Notes under the pieces: model-generated
What the model was told of the DNA's origin: nothing
The model's input: only the letters and a program-made list of their open reading frames with translations
Databases searched by the model: none
Shown: piece after piece, positions 10,093 to 19,670 of the stretch
How the letters are laid out: each line of letters begins with the position of its first letter
Numbering within the stretch: the first letter of the stretch is position 1
Source of the DNA: Nannocystales bacterium
GTDB lineage: Bacteria > Myxococcota_A > Polyangia > Nannocystales > Nannocystaceae
Assembly: GCA_050633305.1 (NCBI GenBank)
Contig: JBOEGF010000067.1
Location: 1-48,658, forward strand
DNA: 48,658 bases
Direction of reading: 5' to 3'
Translations under genes and position numbers: made by a program

Positions 10093-12000
10093 ATGAAGGC
10101 CCTCCGCACGCCTCGCGAGCGCACGCGCTTTGCGATCGCCGTGCTCGCCGTGTTGGCGATGCAGGTCGGGTTGTTCTTCTACTTTGGCGGCGCGTTCCTT
10201 TTTTCGGATGTGCCCTACGCCGGCCTCGATTTCGATACCCACATCACCCAGGCCTACCGCGTCGTGGAAGGCCTGGAAGGGTTCAACCGGACCTGGGTCT
10301 ACGATGTTCAGCTGCTCGCGGGCGCACCCAACGGGGTGATTTTCGACGCCGACAACAAGGGCTGGTCGTTGGTGACCTATGCGGGCAAGCAGCTCGGGCT
10401 CTCGCAGGGGTTCTCGTTCAACCTCTTCATCTTGGCCGCGCATGCCGGGGTGGTGCCTCTCGTCTATGCAGGGGCGCGTCTGCTTCGCGTTGGACCCTGG
10501 GGCTCTCTGCTCGCGGCCGCATTCGCGGTGTTGTACTGGAACTTCGATTCTTGGTCGCACTGGTGCTGGTACGTCGGCATGATCGCCTACGGCCTTGCGA
10601 GTCTCGTGTTCGTGCTTCCGCTGGGCTTCTTCTACCGTTGGTGTGACGAGCAGAAGCGTTGGCAACTCGCAGCCACGGCGGTCAGCCTCGCCCTGGCGCA
10701 CTTGGTGCACCCGTACACCTTCTTCATCCTCGCGTTCCCGATGCTCGCCTTGTACGTGAGGGCGTCTCCTTCGCTGCGGTGGCGAGGACACGTTGGCGTG
10801 TTGGGGGTCGTCGCCTGCGTTCTGCTGGTGAACGCCTATTGGCTGATCGATGCTGCACGGTTTTGGCACTACATCTTGGACTCGTCGCTGTTCGCGAACA
10901 CGGGCCCCAAGAGTGCCGTCTGGGACCTGCTCAACATTCTGGTCGAGCCCGCCGCAACCGGCATCATCGGCAAGCGCGCTGTCTTTCGCACGCTCGCGCT
11001 CCTCGGTGGCCTGAGCATGGCGGTCGTTTGGTGGCGGCGCGGCGACCCGCGTGCCCTCCCGCTGGGCGGCGGCCTGCTGACGCTGATCGTGTTCGGCTAT
11101 CTGGGAGGCTGGACACCGCTGGCCCAGACTCAGCCCTACCGTAACCTGCTACCCGGCGGTTTCCTCGGGTGCATCCTCACCGGGGCGTTGGTCGAGTTCG
11201 CGGTGAAGGAGCGGGTGTTTGCTCGGTTCAGCATCGGAGCCCGGTGGACCGTCGGGCTGGTCTCGGTGCCCGCGTCCATGCTGCTGGTTCACGAGGCGCT
11301 GTACTACTTCATCGACGACCTTCCCACGCCTGCGAAGCTTCCCCACGGCGAAGCCGCACAGCTCTCCGCGATGGGCTTTCCACAGCATGCGCCGTACGAC
11401 TACGGCGATTGGCACGTCGACCCGATCGCGGACTGGGTCCGAGAAAAGGATGACGGGACTGGGCGGTTTCTGGTCGAAGGCTGGAGCTGGGGCGAGCAGC
11501 TGGCTTGGAAGACCGACGCTCAGATCATGGGCGGGTTCATCTGGCGCAACATCCAGCACAGCTGGTCCAACTTCTTCCGTCGTCGCCCGCAAGGCATCGC
11601 GAGCCCGAAGGAGTGGCAGCAGTACCTCGACACCTATGCCATCCACTGGGTGATCGTCACCTCGCCCCGTCATGCGAGCCCCTGGTGGAATCATAACCCC
11701 ACGCTCGAGAAGGCGGCCGACCTTGGCGATTTCCGGGCGTATCGGGTCCGGAAGCCGACCGGATTCATCGAGCGTGGACCCGGCCGGGTGGATGCCTCGA
11801 CGAACCGGATCGAGGTCTACGGGACCGACCCCTCCCAGCCGGTCGTGCTCCGATATCACTGGCTGGAGACGCTGCGGTGCCTCCCCGACTGCACGATTGA
11901 GCGGGTCGAGGTGCCCGGGGATCCCGTGGGCTTCATTCGTGTGGCTCCGGGGCACCCCAAGGACTTCCTCGTGTTCAACAAGTACGCGTTTCCCAACTGA
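10093..12000 (+). CDS. Polytopic membrane protein, GT-C/YfhO-like glycosyltransferase candidate
   Basis: About 12 hydrophobic segments; acidic DFDTH motif in the loop after TM1; soluble C-terminal domain. Confidence 0.55.
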   Translation: MKALRTPRERTRFAIAVLAVLAMQVGLFFYFGGAFLFSDVPYAGLDFDTHITQAYRVVEGLEGFNRTWVYDVQLLAGAPNGVIFDADNKGWSLVTYAGKQLGLSQGFSFNLFILAAHAGVVPLVYAGARLLRVGPWGSLLAAAFAVLYWNFDSWSHWCWYVGMIAYGLASLVFVLPLGFFYRWCDEQKRWQLAATAVSLALAHLVHPYTFFILAFPMLALYVRASPSLRWRGHVGVLGVVACVLLVNAYWLIDAARFWHYILDSSLFANTGPKSAVWDLLNILVEPAATGIIGKRAVFRTLALLGGLSMAVVWWRRGDPRALPLGGGLLTLIVFGYLGGWTPLAQTQPYRNLLPGGFLGCILTGALVEFAVKERVFARFSIGARWTVGLVSVPASMLLVHEALYYFIDDLPTPAKLPHGEAAQLSAMGFPQHAPYDYGDWHVDPIADWVREKDDGTGRFLVEGWSWGEQLAWKTDAQIMGGFIWRNIQHSWSNFFRRRPQGIASPKEWQQYLDTYAIHWVIVTSPRHASPWWNHNPTLEKAADLGDFRAYRVRKPTGFIERGPGRVDASTNRIEVYGTDPSQPVVLRYHWLETLRCLPDCTIERVEVPGDPVGFIRVAPGHPKDFLVFNKYAFPN

Positions 12001-12033
12001 GCGCGGGTGTGTGACCATCGAGTCCCAGCCTCG

Positions 12034-12846
12034 ATGCGGGCCGAACTCAAGATCGCTGCAGACGTCGCCTGGTACCGGCTGCGACGGTTTGAGATGGCCA
12101 ACCTTGGCGCCGCCGGGGCGATCGCCGTGGCGCTGGCGCTGCCGTGGGGCGACGTGTTCGTGCGGCTCGCGTTCGGTGCCCTGCTGAACGTGTTGGTCTA
12201 CCTCAACAACGATTACCTCGATGTCGCCGAGGATGCCGCGTCGCCGACCAAGGACCGGACCAAGACGCGCTTTCTCGCGGAGCACCGCGGCGCAGCATTG
12301 CGGGCCCAGCTGGGTCTGCTGCTCGCCCTTGGGGTCGTCGCTTGGCTGTGGGGTGGGGGATTGGTCTGGCCGCTGCTGTTGGGCGGGGGCATCTGTTGGG
12401 CCTACTCCGCCGTGCTCAAGCACCGCCCGTTCGTCGACGTTGTCGCGATGATGGTCTGGGGCGTCACGATGCCGTGGGTCGCGGTGCCACCCGACTCGGC
12501 GCTCGGCTGGGCGCTGCTCCTACAGCTGGGACTCTTCTCCGGCGTGTTCGAGACCATTCAAGTCATGCGAGACCATGACGAAGACCGCGACACCGGGGTG
12601 CGCACCACTGCGGTCGCGTTGGGCTTGCCGCGGACCCGATGGCTGCTCAGAGGCCTCGTCGTGGCGGCGGGTGTCTATGCCGCGGTGACCTTCGGATGGT
12701 GGCTGGCGTTGTTGCCTTGGAGCGTGCTCCTGCTCCCGATCCCCAACCGAGACCTCTCCGGATACTGGAACCGCGTCCGCCTGCGTCTTGGCGCGACGCT
12801 GCTCATCGAGTGCGCCCTCGTGTATTTCGGCGCTGCGATCGGATGA
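12034..12846 (+). CDS. UbiA-superfamily prenyltransferase
   Basis: Asp-rich motifs NNDYLDVAED and RDHDEDRDTGVRT, YS...LK motif, multiple TM helices. Start at ATG12034 or GTG12007. Confidence 0.85.
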   Translation: MRAELKIAADVAWYRLRRFEMANLGAAGAIAVALALPWGDVFVRLAFGALLNVLVYLNNDYLDVAEDAASPTKDRTKTRFLAEHRGAALRAQLGLLLALGVVAWLWGGGLVWPLLLGGGICWAYSAVLKHRPFVDVVAMMVWGVTMPWVAVPPDSALGWALLLQLGLFSGVFETIQVMRDHDEDRDTGVRTTAVALGLPRTRWLLRGLVVAAGVYAAVTFGWWLALLPWSVLLLPIPNRDLSGYWNRVRLRLGATLLIECALVYFGAAIG

Positions 12847-14699
12847 CCCCACAACGTGCGCTGTCGGGGGCCCTCGCGGCCATCGCCGTCCTGTGCGGTG
12901 TCCTGTACATCCCGGGCCTGGACGCAGGGTTTCTCGCCGACGACTTGTTCCAGATCTCCATGCTGGAGAAGCGCATGGGTTCCTACTCGATCGCGCACTT
13001 GTACGCCTTTGCGCCCGGGGATGCGGCGACCAACGCTGCGCATGTACAGCGGGGCAGCCTTCCGTGGTGGACACACCCTGAGTTTCGTTTCGTGATGGTG
13101 CGGCCGTTGTCGAGCTTGCTGCTCTCGCTGGACCATTTCGTCTTCCCCAGGCAAGCGTTCGCGCACCACGTGCACTCCGCGGTGTGGTTTGCCGCCATGC
13201 TTGGCAGCGGCTACCTCCTGCTTCGCCGCCTGTTGGGGTCCTGGATTGCGGCGGTGGGCATCGGCTCGTTCGCGGTCGACGAAACCATGACCTGGATGGT
13301 CGCCTGGTTGGCCAACCGTTGCGCGCTGGTGTGCACGGTCTTCGCCTTCACCGCGCTGTGGGTTCACATCCGAAGTGCGCGCAACCCTGACGCATTCCGA
13401 GGCCGAGGACCGGTCGTGGAGCTGCTGCTGTGGCTCGGGGCGTTCGCGGGCGGCGAGTATGCCGTCGGCGGTGTCGCGTACCTCGGTGCCTTCATGTTGC
13501 TGGGTGACCGACGGGCCCCGAAGACGCGCATCCTCTCCATGTGGCCTGCTGCGGTCGCACTTCTCGCGTTCGTGACCGCGTACATCGTGCTCGGCGGGGG
13601 CGTGTACGGAGGCACAACCTATGTTGATCCGTTCCGAGAAACGGGGCAGTTCTTCCGCGTGATGGGGCATCGCGTCCCGCGGATGGCGGGTGAGGTGTGG
13701 TCCAACTGGGCCGGCGAGAGCGAGCGCTTCTGGATGCGGTATGCGGGCAGCGGGCTGAGCGAGCGGGTGATGCCCCCGGGGATCAAAGACCTCGGGACCC
13801 AGGCGTATCGCCACGCCGCATTCGCGATGGTGACCACGGCGGCATGGGTCGGCCCGGTGTGGTGGCTGGCACGCCGACATTGGACGCAAGACGAACGCCG
13901 AGCCGTACGCTGGCTGGTCCTGGGTTCATGTTTCGCCCTTCTGCCCATCTCCGCGATCCCCCCGGCGACCCGAGCCTTGATGCTGCCCAACTTCGGCGCT
14001 GCGGCGTTTGTGGGCGCATCCCTTGTCGCCACCGTTCGCGCCTGGAGGACGGGTGACTCGCGCTTCCGTCGGGCGGCGCTCACCGGGTTGGCGCTGCTCA
14101 TGGGCTGGCTGCATTTCGTCCGCGAGTTCGGCTACACCAGAGAGCACCTCGACGCGATCCTCGGAGCTCAGCGCGCCTACGCGCAGTTCTATCGCAACGA
14201 GGCTTTCGCGGCGCTCGACCTTCGCGACAAGCACGTGGTCGTGGTGGCGACTCCCGGACTCGTCACCGGGATTCACGGGGTGAGCATGATGCACGTGTTG
14301 GGCATGCAGGCGCCGAAGACGTGGCACGTGCTGGGGATCGGCCCGCGTCCGTACACCCTGCGCCGCGTCGCGAAGCGAAAGCTCGAACTCAGCAGTGTGG
14401 GCGGGGCGATGCACCACACGCCGCAGGAGATCCTCTTTCGCAATCCATACGACGCTCTGAAAAAGGGCGACCACGTGGAGGCGGGGCTGTTCAAGGCCAC
14501 AGTGCTCAACGACCGGAACGGATCCGGACCAGGGTCGGTCCTGTTCGAGTTCCTGTGGTCGCTCGATGACCCCAGGATCGTTGTGGTCGAAGTCGGTCCA
14601 ACCGGCCTCCGTCCGTTTTCTCTTCCGGCGGTCGGGAAGGTGGTCCCGGTCGCACCGCCTGCACTGCCCGAGAGCCCCGCGGCTGGACCGGTGGATTGA
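12843..14699 (+). CDS. Polytopic membrane protein, TMTC/PMT-like GT-C glycosyltransferase candidate
   Basis: ATGA overlap with the ubiA-like stop; FLADD after TM1, then RPLSS, HHVHS and WLANR, a pattern typical of GT-C/TMTC-like proteins. Confidence 0.6.
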   Translation: MTPQRALSGALAAIAVLCGVLYIPGLDAGFLADDLFQISMLEKRMGSYSIAHLYAFAPGDAATNAAHVQRGSLPWWTHPEFRFVMVRPLSSLLLSLDHFVFPRQAFAHHVHSAVWFAAMLGSGYLLLRRLLGSWIAAVGIGSFAVDETMTWMVAWLANRCALVCTVFAFTALWVHIRSARNPDAFRGRGPVVELLLWLGAFAGGEYAVGGVAYLGAFMLLGDRRAPKTRILSMWPAAVALLAFVTAYIVLGGGVYGGTTYVDPFRETGQFFRVMGHRVPRMAGEVWSNWAGESERFWMRYAGSGLSERVMPPGIKDLGTQAYRHAAFAMVTTAAWVGPVWWLARRHWTQDERRAVRWLVLGSCFALLPISAIPPATRALMLPNFGAAAFVGASLVATVRAWRTGDSRFRRAALTGLALLMGWLHFVREFGYTREHLDAILGAQRAYAQFYRNEAFAALDLRDKHVVVVATPGLVTGIHGVSMMHVLGMQAPKTWHVLGIGPRPYTLRRVAKRKLELSSVGGAMHHTPQEILFRNPYDALKKGDHVEAGLFKATVLNDRNGSGPGSVLFEFLWSLDDPRIVVVEVGPTGLRPFSLPAVGKVVPVAPPALPESPAAGPVD

Positions 14700-14718
14700 C
14701 CGGTGCGCGGCCGCGAAC

Positions 14719-16252
14719 GATGATGCCCTGCATGCGGGCACGAAGTATGGGGCTGATGGTTGTGTTGGCGTTCGGCTGCGGTGACGACGTCACGCCAGCG
14801 GCTGACGGCGGCAGCTCCTCCGGCTCGAGTACCCAGACGTCCACCAGCGCAACGGACGGGCCCTCGACGTCGAGCACCACTGGCCCGACGTCTACGACGC
14901 AAACCTCCCAGGCCGACGCATCATCCGGGACCGGCTTCGAGCCGCCCGAGCCCGCCTGTGGCAATGGGTTTGTCGAGGAGGGCGAGGAATGCGACGACGC
15001 CAACGATGACGAGGAGGATGGATGCACCTCCTCGTGTGCGCTCCGCTGCGGGATCGAGTGGACGACCGAGGTGCTGCCGCCGACCGATACCTCTGTCATC
15101 GATGCCCAAGACGTCGCGACCAGCGCGGACGGGGGTGCTGTGGTGGGCGGACTCCTGCGCGAGATCACGACCGATCAACGGGGGAACCAGACCATCCTCG
15201 ACGACGAAGGCGTCGTTCTACGGGTTGGACCCGACGGTGAGACGTTGTGGAATACCGCGATCGAGGTGGACGGCTTCGATGCCACCGTCACTGGCGTCGC
15301 GGTGGACGATGCTGGCAACGTCTATGCCGCCGCGACAGTCGACGCGATCGATACCGACGCCGACATCCGGCTGTACAAACTCGACCCTCGTGGTGCGGTG
15401 TTGTGGTTCTCCGAGTTCGACTCGGCGGTCGACACAGCCGAAGACCTCTCGTTTGGTGTGGCGGTCGGGGGCGATGGCAACCCTGTGATTGTCGGCCAGG
15501 TCCGAGCAGGCGAGGGGGACAACGATGTGTGGGTCTCCTCCCGTGACGCCCGCACAGGCGATGAACTCTGGTCCTCGACGTGGTCGGGGGAAGGCAGTGG
15601 GGGGTTTTCCACGGACACCGCCGGCCCGATCTCCATCGCGTCTGACGGCACTGTCTTCGTGTACGCCGACGAGTACGTCGACTTTCAGAACCGACTGCCC
15701 ACGCTGCTGTCCTTCGATGCCGGCGGCGGCCCGGCGACCGAGGTGTACACACCCGAGATTGGGGTTGGTGGCGCGGAGTTCACTCCACTCGATCTCGCGG
15801 TCGAGGCGGGAGGCTCGTTGCTGCTCACGTCCGTCCGTGTACTGCCCGCGGAGAACACGTTCCAGCTCGAGCGTGTGGACGCCGGTTCGGGCGAGGTGAC
15901 GTGGAGCGTGGACGCACAGTTCTTTGAAGATGCATCACCGATCAAGAACTCGACGGACTTCAACCTGGTCGGTGCCCAGCCTCTCGAGGGTGGTGGGGTG
16001 GTCGTGACCGGCCTACTCCAGCGCTCGGCCAGGGACGCGGGGTGGGTCGAGAGTTGGGTGGGGCGCCTCGATGAGAACGATGCGATCGACTGCGTGTTTG
16101 TGCGCGAGAACCCGCAGCTGTCGTTGATTCCCGGTTCGCTGTTTGGCCGGACGATCTCTGCGGCCAGTTCGGGCCGCGCCGTCCTCGCCGCCCAAGAGGT
16201 CTCGGCTGATGGTGCGCAGTCGCTCTGGGTTGGAGCGTTCCGGCCGGATTGA
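14719..16252 (+). CDS. Lipoprotein with Myxococcus Cys-rich repeat (DUF4215-like) and beta-propeller-like domain
   Basis: Lipobox LAFGC; S/T linker; CGNGFVEEGEECDDAN...GCTSSC; repeated GVAVD/LW motifs. Start uncertain (14696-14748). Confidence 0.75.
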
Positions 16253-16350
16253 GCGCGTCCCGCGTGGGGAGCGTTCGGCAGCCCAGCCCGTTCTCGAGAA
16301 AATCGGGGAGCCTGGGAGACCCAATCGCGACCGGTCGCGTTGAAAGGCGT

Positions 16351-16824
16351 ATGCGACTGCCCGCTTCTGTTCTCGGCCCCCTGCGACTCGGTCTGGGTGC
16401 GACTGCGCTGTTGGCGGGTGGGTGCGATGCTCAGGAGACGCGGACGCTGGAACCGGCGACCGCAGCTGAGCCGGTCCGTGTGGTCCCCGCGGATGATGCG
16501 CCGCAGGTTGCCGCCGAGGTGGTTGCAGTGCTCGAGCGTGCCGCCGCGCAGGCGCCTGCACCGACCCGGCAGGCCGTACGGGAAGTCGCCGCGATCACGT
16601 CACCGCTCGTTGCCGAAGTGTCTGAGGACCTGACCGCGTTCGTCCCGTTCTCGGAGCAACCCGGTGACGCGAAGCCGATTCGGCCCCGCATCCGGACTCG
16701 TGTTCCGGCCCGGCCCCGTGTCGCATCGCGGCCGGTGGAAGTTGCGAGGCCCTGGAGCCCTCCAGAGGTCACGTCCACACCGAAATGGGATGGCGGCAAC
16801 TGCCCGGCGTGCGGTCGCGGCTAA
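16351..16824 (+). CDS. ChrA-like RiPP precursor with lipoprotein signal peptide and C-terminal CPACGRG core
   Basis: ATG16351 with GAAAGG upstream; lipobox LAGGC (Cys25); Ala/Pro/Arg-rich linker; ends CPACGRG (16801-16821); 12 nt upstream of a DUF692 gene. Confidence 0.8.
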   Translation: MRLPASVLGPLRLGLGATALLAGGCDAQETRTLEPATAAEPVRVVPADDAPQVAAEVVAVLERAAAQAPAPTRQAVREVAAITSPLVAEVSEDLTAFVPFSEQPGDAKPIRPRIRTRVPARPRVASRPVEVARPWSPPEVTSTPKWDGGNCPACGRG

Positions 16825-16836
16825 CATGGCGTTCGC

Positions 16837-17679
16837 ATGCAGGTCGGCCTCTCGTTGATGCTCGACGACGCGTTTCGACAGACGGCGCTGCCCCTGTTCG
16901 AAGCGGGAGTGGTCGACGCCATCGAGTACAGTTTTGAGCTTGGCTGGGCCGGGCCGCGCCCCTCGTGGGCAGAGGCGCTGCTGCGGCACTACGGAGGTGC
17001 GGGGCGACTGTGGGGACACGGTGTGACCTTTTCGCCGTTGAGTTCGGATGCCGCGGAGCACCACGCGGCGTGGCTGGCACGGGTGGCGCAGGAGTGTGCG
17101 GTTCTCGAGCTGCAGGGGCTCAGCGAGCACTATGGATTCATGGGAGCGGGCCATGACGACGTTGGGGCGCCACTTCCACCGCCTCCTCTACCCGAGGTCA
17201 CCGAGCTGGGGACGACGGCACTGGGCGCCCTGGCGGTCGCGAGCGGCGTCCCGGTGGGCATCGAGAACCTGGCCCTCGCGCTGAGCCCTCAGGACGTCTA
17301 CGCCCAACCGCGACTCATCGCGCAGATTCTGGACGCGCTGGATGGGTACCTCGTCCTCGACTTGCACAATCTGTGGTGCCAGGCGACCAACTTTGGGCTG
17401 GACCCGCTGACGCTACTGGGACGCTATCCACTGCATCGAGCTCGGGTCGTGCATCTCTCGGGTGGCTCGTGGTCGACCCACGCCACGACGCGGTTTCGCC
17501 GAGACACCCACGACGGCCAGGTGCCGGAGCCCGTGCTCGCGCTGCTGCCAGAGGCCCTGTCGCGTTGCTCCGATTTGCAGGCGGTGATCCTGGAGCAGCT
17601 TGGACCGAGTCTGGACGACCCGGGGGCCGCTCAGGGGTTCCGGGAAGACTTCGCCCGCGTCCGGGAGGTTTGCGCATGA
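16837..17679 (+). CDS. DUF692 family multinuclear non-heme iron-dependent oxidative enzyme (MNIO), ChrH-like
   Basis: Metal-ligand motifs GHG, SEHYGF, PLP, GIENLA, LDLHN, HLSGG, RRDTHD, ILE in the expected order. Confidence 0.9.
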   Translation: MQVGLSLMLDDAFRQTALPLFEAGVVDAIEYSFELGWAGPRPSWAEALLRHYGGAGRLWGHGVTFSPLSSDAAEHHAAWLARVAQECAVLELQGLSEHYGFMGAGHDDVGAPLPPPPLPEVTELGTTALGALAVASGVPVGIENLALALSPQDVYAQPRLIAQILDALDGYLVLDLHNLWCQATNFGLDPLTLLGRYPLHRARVVHLSGGSWSTHATTRFRRDTHDGQVPEPVLALLPEALSRCSDLQAVILEQLGPSLDDPGAAQGFREDFARVREVCA

Positions 17680-17867
17680 GCGCGCTCGCGCATTACCAAC
17701 GACGGCTTTCGAGGCTACTGCTCAAGGGCCACAGCCCCGAGTCCATTCGCCAGGCCCTGCTGGAGGACCCCGCATTGGAGTCGCTGCACGGCTACATAGA
17801 GAGCCTCCAGGATGCACCGCTCGAGGTTGCGGTCGAGCTGGCAGCCAAGTGGGGCCGCCCGCTATAG
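17676..17867 (+). CDS. 63-aa helical protein coupled to the MNIO (partner or split C-terminal domain)
   Basis: ATGA overlap with the MNIO stop, GGAGG RBS upstream; MSALAHYQRRLSRLL...EVAVELAAKWGRPL. Confidence 0.7.
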   Translation: MSALAHYQRRLSRLLLKGHSPESIRQALLEDPALESLHGYIESLQDAPLEVAVELAAKWGRPL

Positions 17868-19610
17868 CAGGTCGTTCGGCGCGTCGGGAACCATGCCGGC
17901 CCGAATCGCGGATAGAGGCGCCGCCCCATACGAAAGCAATTCGTCGTGAAACGCCTTGGCGTCGAAGGGGGTTCCTTCGGCCTCCGCCTTGGCCTCGAGG
18001 TCAGCGCGCATCTTCTTGATCACCAGCTTGCCGGTCGTGTAGGCCAGATACATCGGGTCAAAGGTGCCGCGACGTGATTCTTGCTCTGCGTTGCCCTCGC
18101 TCTGGAAGGCCTTCTCCACAAACATCTGCCGACAGCTCTCCACGGTCATGCCTTGGGTATGCAGTCCGATGGCGCACAGCGATCGAACATCCCGGAGCAG
18201 TGCATTCTGGAGCTGCCCCACGTGCACGGCTGGGTCGTCGGTGAAGCCTGCGTTCCACATCATCTCTTCGGTGTAGTGCGCCCAGCCTTCTCCGGTCGCG
18301 TAGTTCCACAGCGCCTTGAGCACGGCGGAATCGCTCTGTTTGAGGTGCAGTGAGTGCAAGAAGTGGCCCGGCCACACCTCGTGGATCGTGATGAACAGGA
18401 GGTCGGCACGACCCGGCACATAGTCCCGCTGCTTGGCCTTGGACCACGAGGGGTCCGGCGGGCTGATGTAGTAGAAGCTCGGCAACGGCTTGGTCTCGAA
18501 GACGCCCGCGCTACTGAGGAACGCCGCGTTCCACCGCATGAACGGTGGCGTCTCCACGACCTGGGCCTTGTCCTCGCTGGGAATCGTGACGATGTCCTTC
18601 TCCTGGAGGAACGCCCGCATCTGCACGGACTGTTCGGTGGCTTCTTCGAGCACTCGGTTCAGCTTGGGCTTGTCTCGCTGGACCTTGGCGATGACGGCTG
18701 CGGTGGACTTCTTGGTGGAGATCTTGGCCGCGGCTTCCTTCATCGCCGCCAGGTTTCGCTCGAGGTCGGCACGGATGACGGCCTCGAGCGCGGCCAACTC
18801 CACATCGATGCCCTGGGTGCTCGACAACATCCGCTGGAACACTTCGGGGCCCAGTGCGAACTCGTCCGTCGCTGTGCTGCTGGCCTCTTCGAGGTAGCCG
18901 GCATAGCCATCGAGTGCGGTCGCCATGCCCTCGAGCGCCTTGCCCAGGCGGGAGGAGAGGGGGCCGTCGGGCAGTGACTCCATCGCGGCCGGCACGTCGG
19001 TCCGCGCGAAGGAGGCCGTGCCGCGAGCTTGAATGAGCGCGGTCTGAATGAACGTCCGCGGGAGGTTCGAATCCAGGTTGGTCTTCGCTGCGCTCAGGTG
19101 CGCTGGCACAGCCTCGGCGAACGAGATGATCGCCTCCGCACGTTGCTCGATGGGCGCGTAGTCCCGGCTGACGTACGGCGTGAGGTCGAGGAGTCCGACG
19201 TAGAACATCGGGTTCTTCTGCGGTTCGCGGAGCACCTCGATTCGAAAACGGACCTCCTCGAACGTGGTCAGCAGCGCCGCCCGCTCGGCGCGTTGGTGGG
19301 CATCGAGCGCCCCGGGGTCGAAGCTCTCGAGGGTTTCGATGGCGGTCGCCGTGCTCTCGACCGTCGCGGCCAGGCCCTCGGCCGTGAAGTCGGGGAGCGC
19401 TCCGTCGTACTGGTGCAGGCCGACTTCAACACCCACCGTGGGGCGGGAGCCCAGGTACTGACTCAGCAGCATCTGTGCCGTTTGCTCGAAGCTCGGTACT
19501 TTGGCTTGGACCTGGGCCGGCTCACTCTCGGGCGCAACCGGGGGCGGCGTCGTCGGACTCGCGTTGCAGGCAAGGGCAGTGGCGAAGGTCCCCAGGGCGA
19601 TTCGTCGCAT
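17862..19610 (-). CDS. DUF885 family lipoprotein (putative metallopeptidase)
   Basis: Lipobox ALAC; HEVWPGH, EGWAHYTE and YTTGK motifs. Confidence 0.88.
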   Translation of the reverse strand: MRRIALGTFATALACNASPTTPPPVAPESEPAQVQAKVPSFEQTAQMLLSQYLGSRPTVGVEVGLHQYDGALPDFTAEGLAATVESTATAIETLESFDPGALDAHQRAERAALLTTFEEVRFRIEVLREPQKNPMFYVGLLDLTPYVSRDYAPIEQRAEAIISFAEAVPAHLSAAKTNLDSNLPRTFIQTALIQARGTASFARTDVPAAMESLPDGPLSSRLGKALEGMATALDGYAGYLEEASSTATDEFALGPEVFQRMLSSTQGIDVELAALEAVIRADLERNLAAMKEAAAKISTKKSTAAVIAKVQRDKPKLNRVLEEATEQSVQMRAFLQEKDIVTIPSEDKAQVVETPPFMRWNAAFLSSAGVFETKPLPSFYYISPPDPSWSKAKQRDYVPGRADLLFITIHEVWPGHFLHSLHLKQSDSAVLKALWNYATGEGWAHYTEEMMWNAGFTDDPAVHVGQLQNALLRDVRSLCAIGLHTQGMTVESCRQMFVEKAFQSEGNAEQESRRGTFDPMYLAYTTGKLVIKKMRADLEAKAEAEGTPFDAKAFHDELLSYGAAPLSAIRAGMVPDAPNDLL

Positions 19611-19670
19611 GGCCGGAGCACGCTACGCGGCCCCGTCTCGCAGCACCAGCCGAATCACCGGACGGCTCCT

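Noticed and set aside
8937..12846. Firm call of archaeal-type ether lipid synthesis
   Set aside because: No GGGP synthase or G1P dehydrogenase in the window and the UbiA subfamily cannot be fixed by eye; kept only as one hypothesis.
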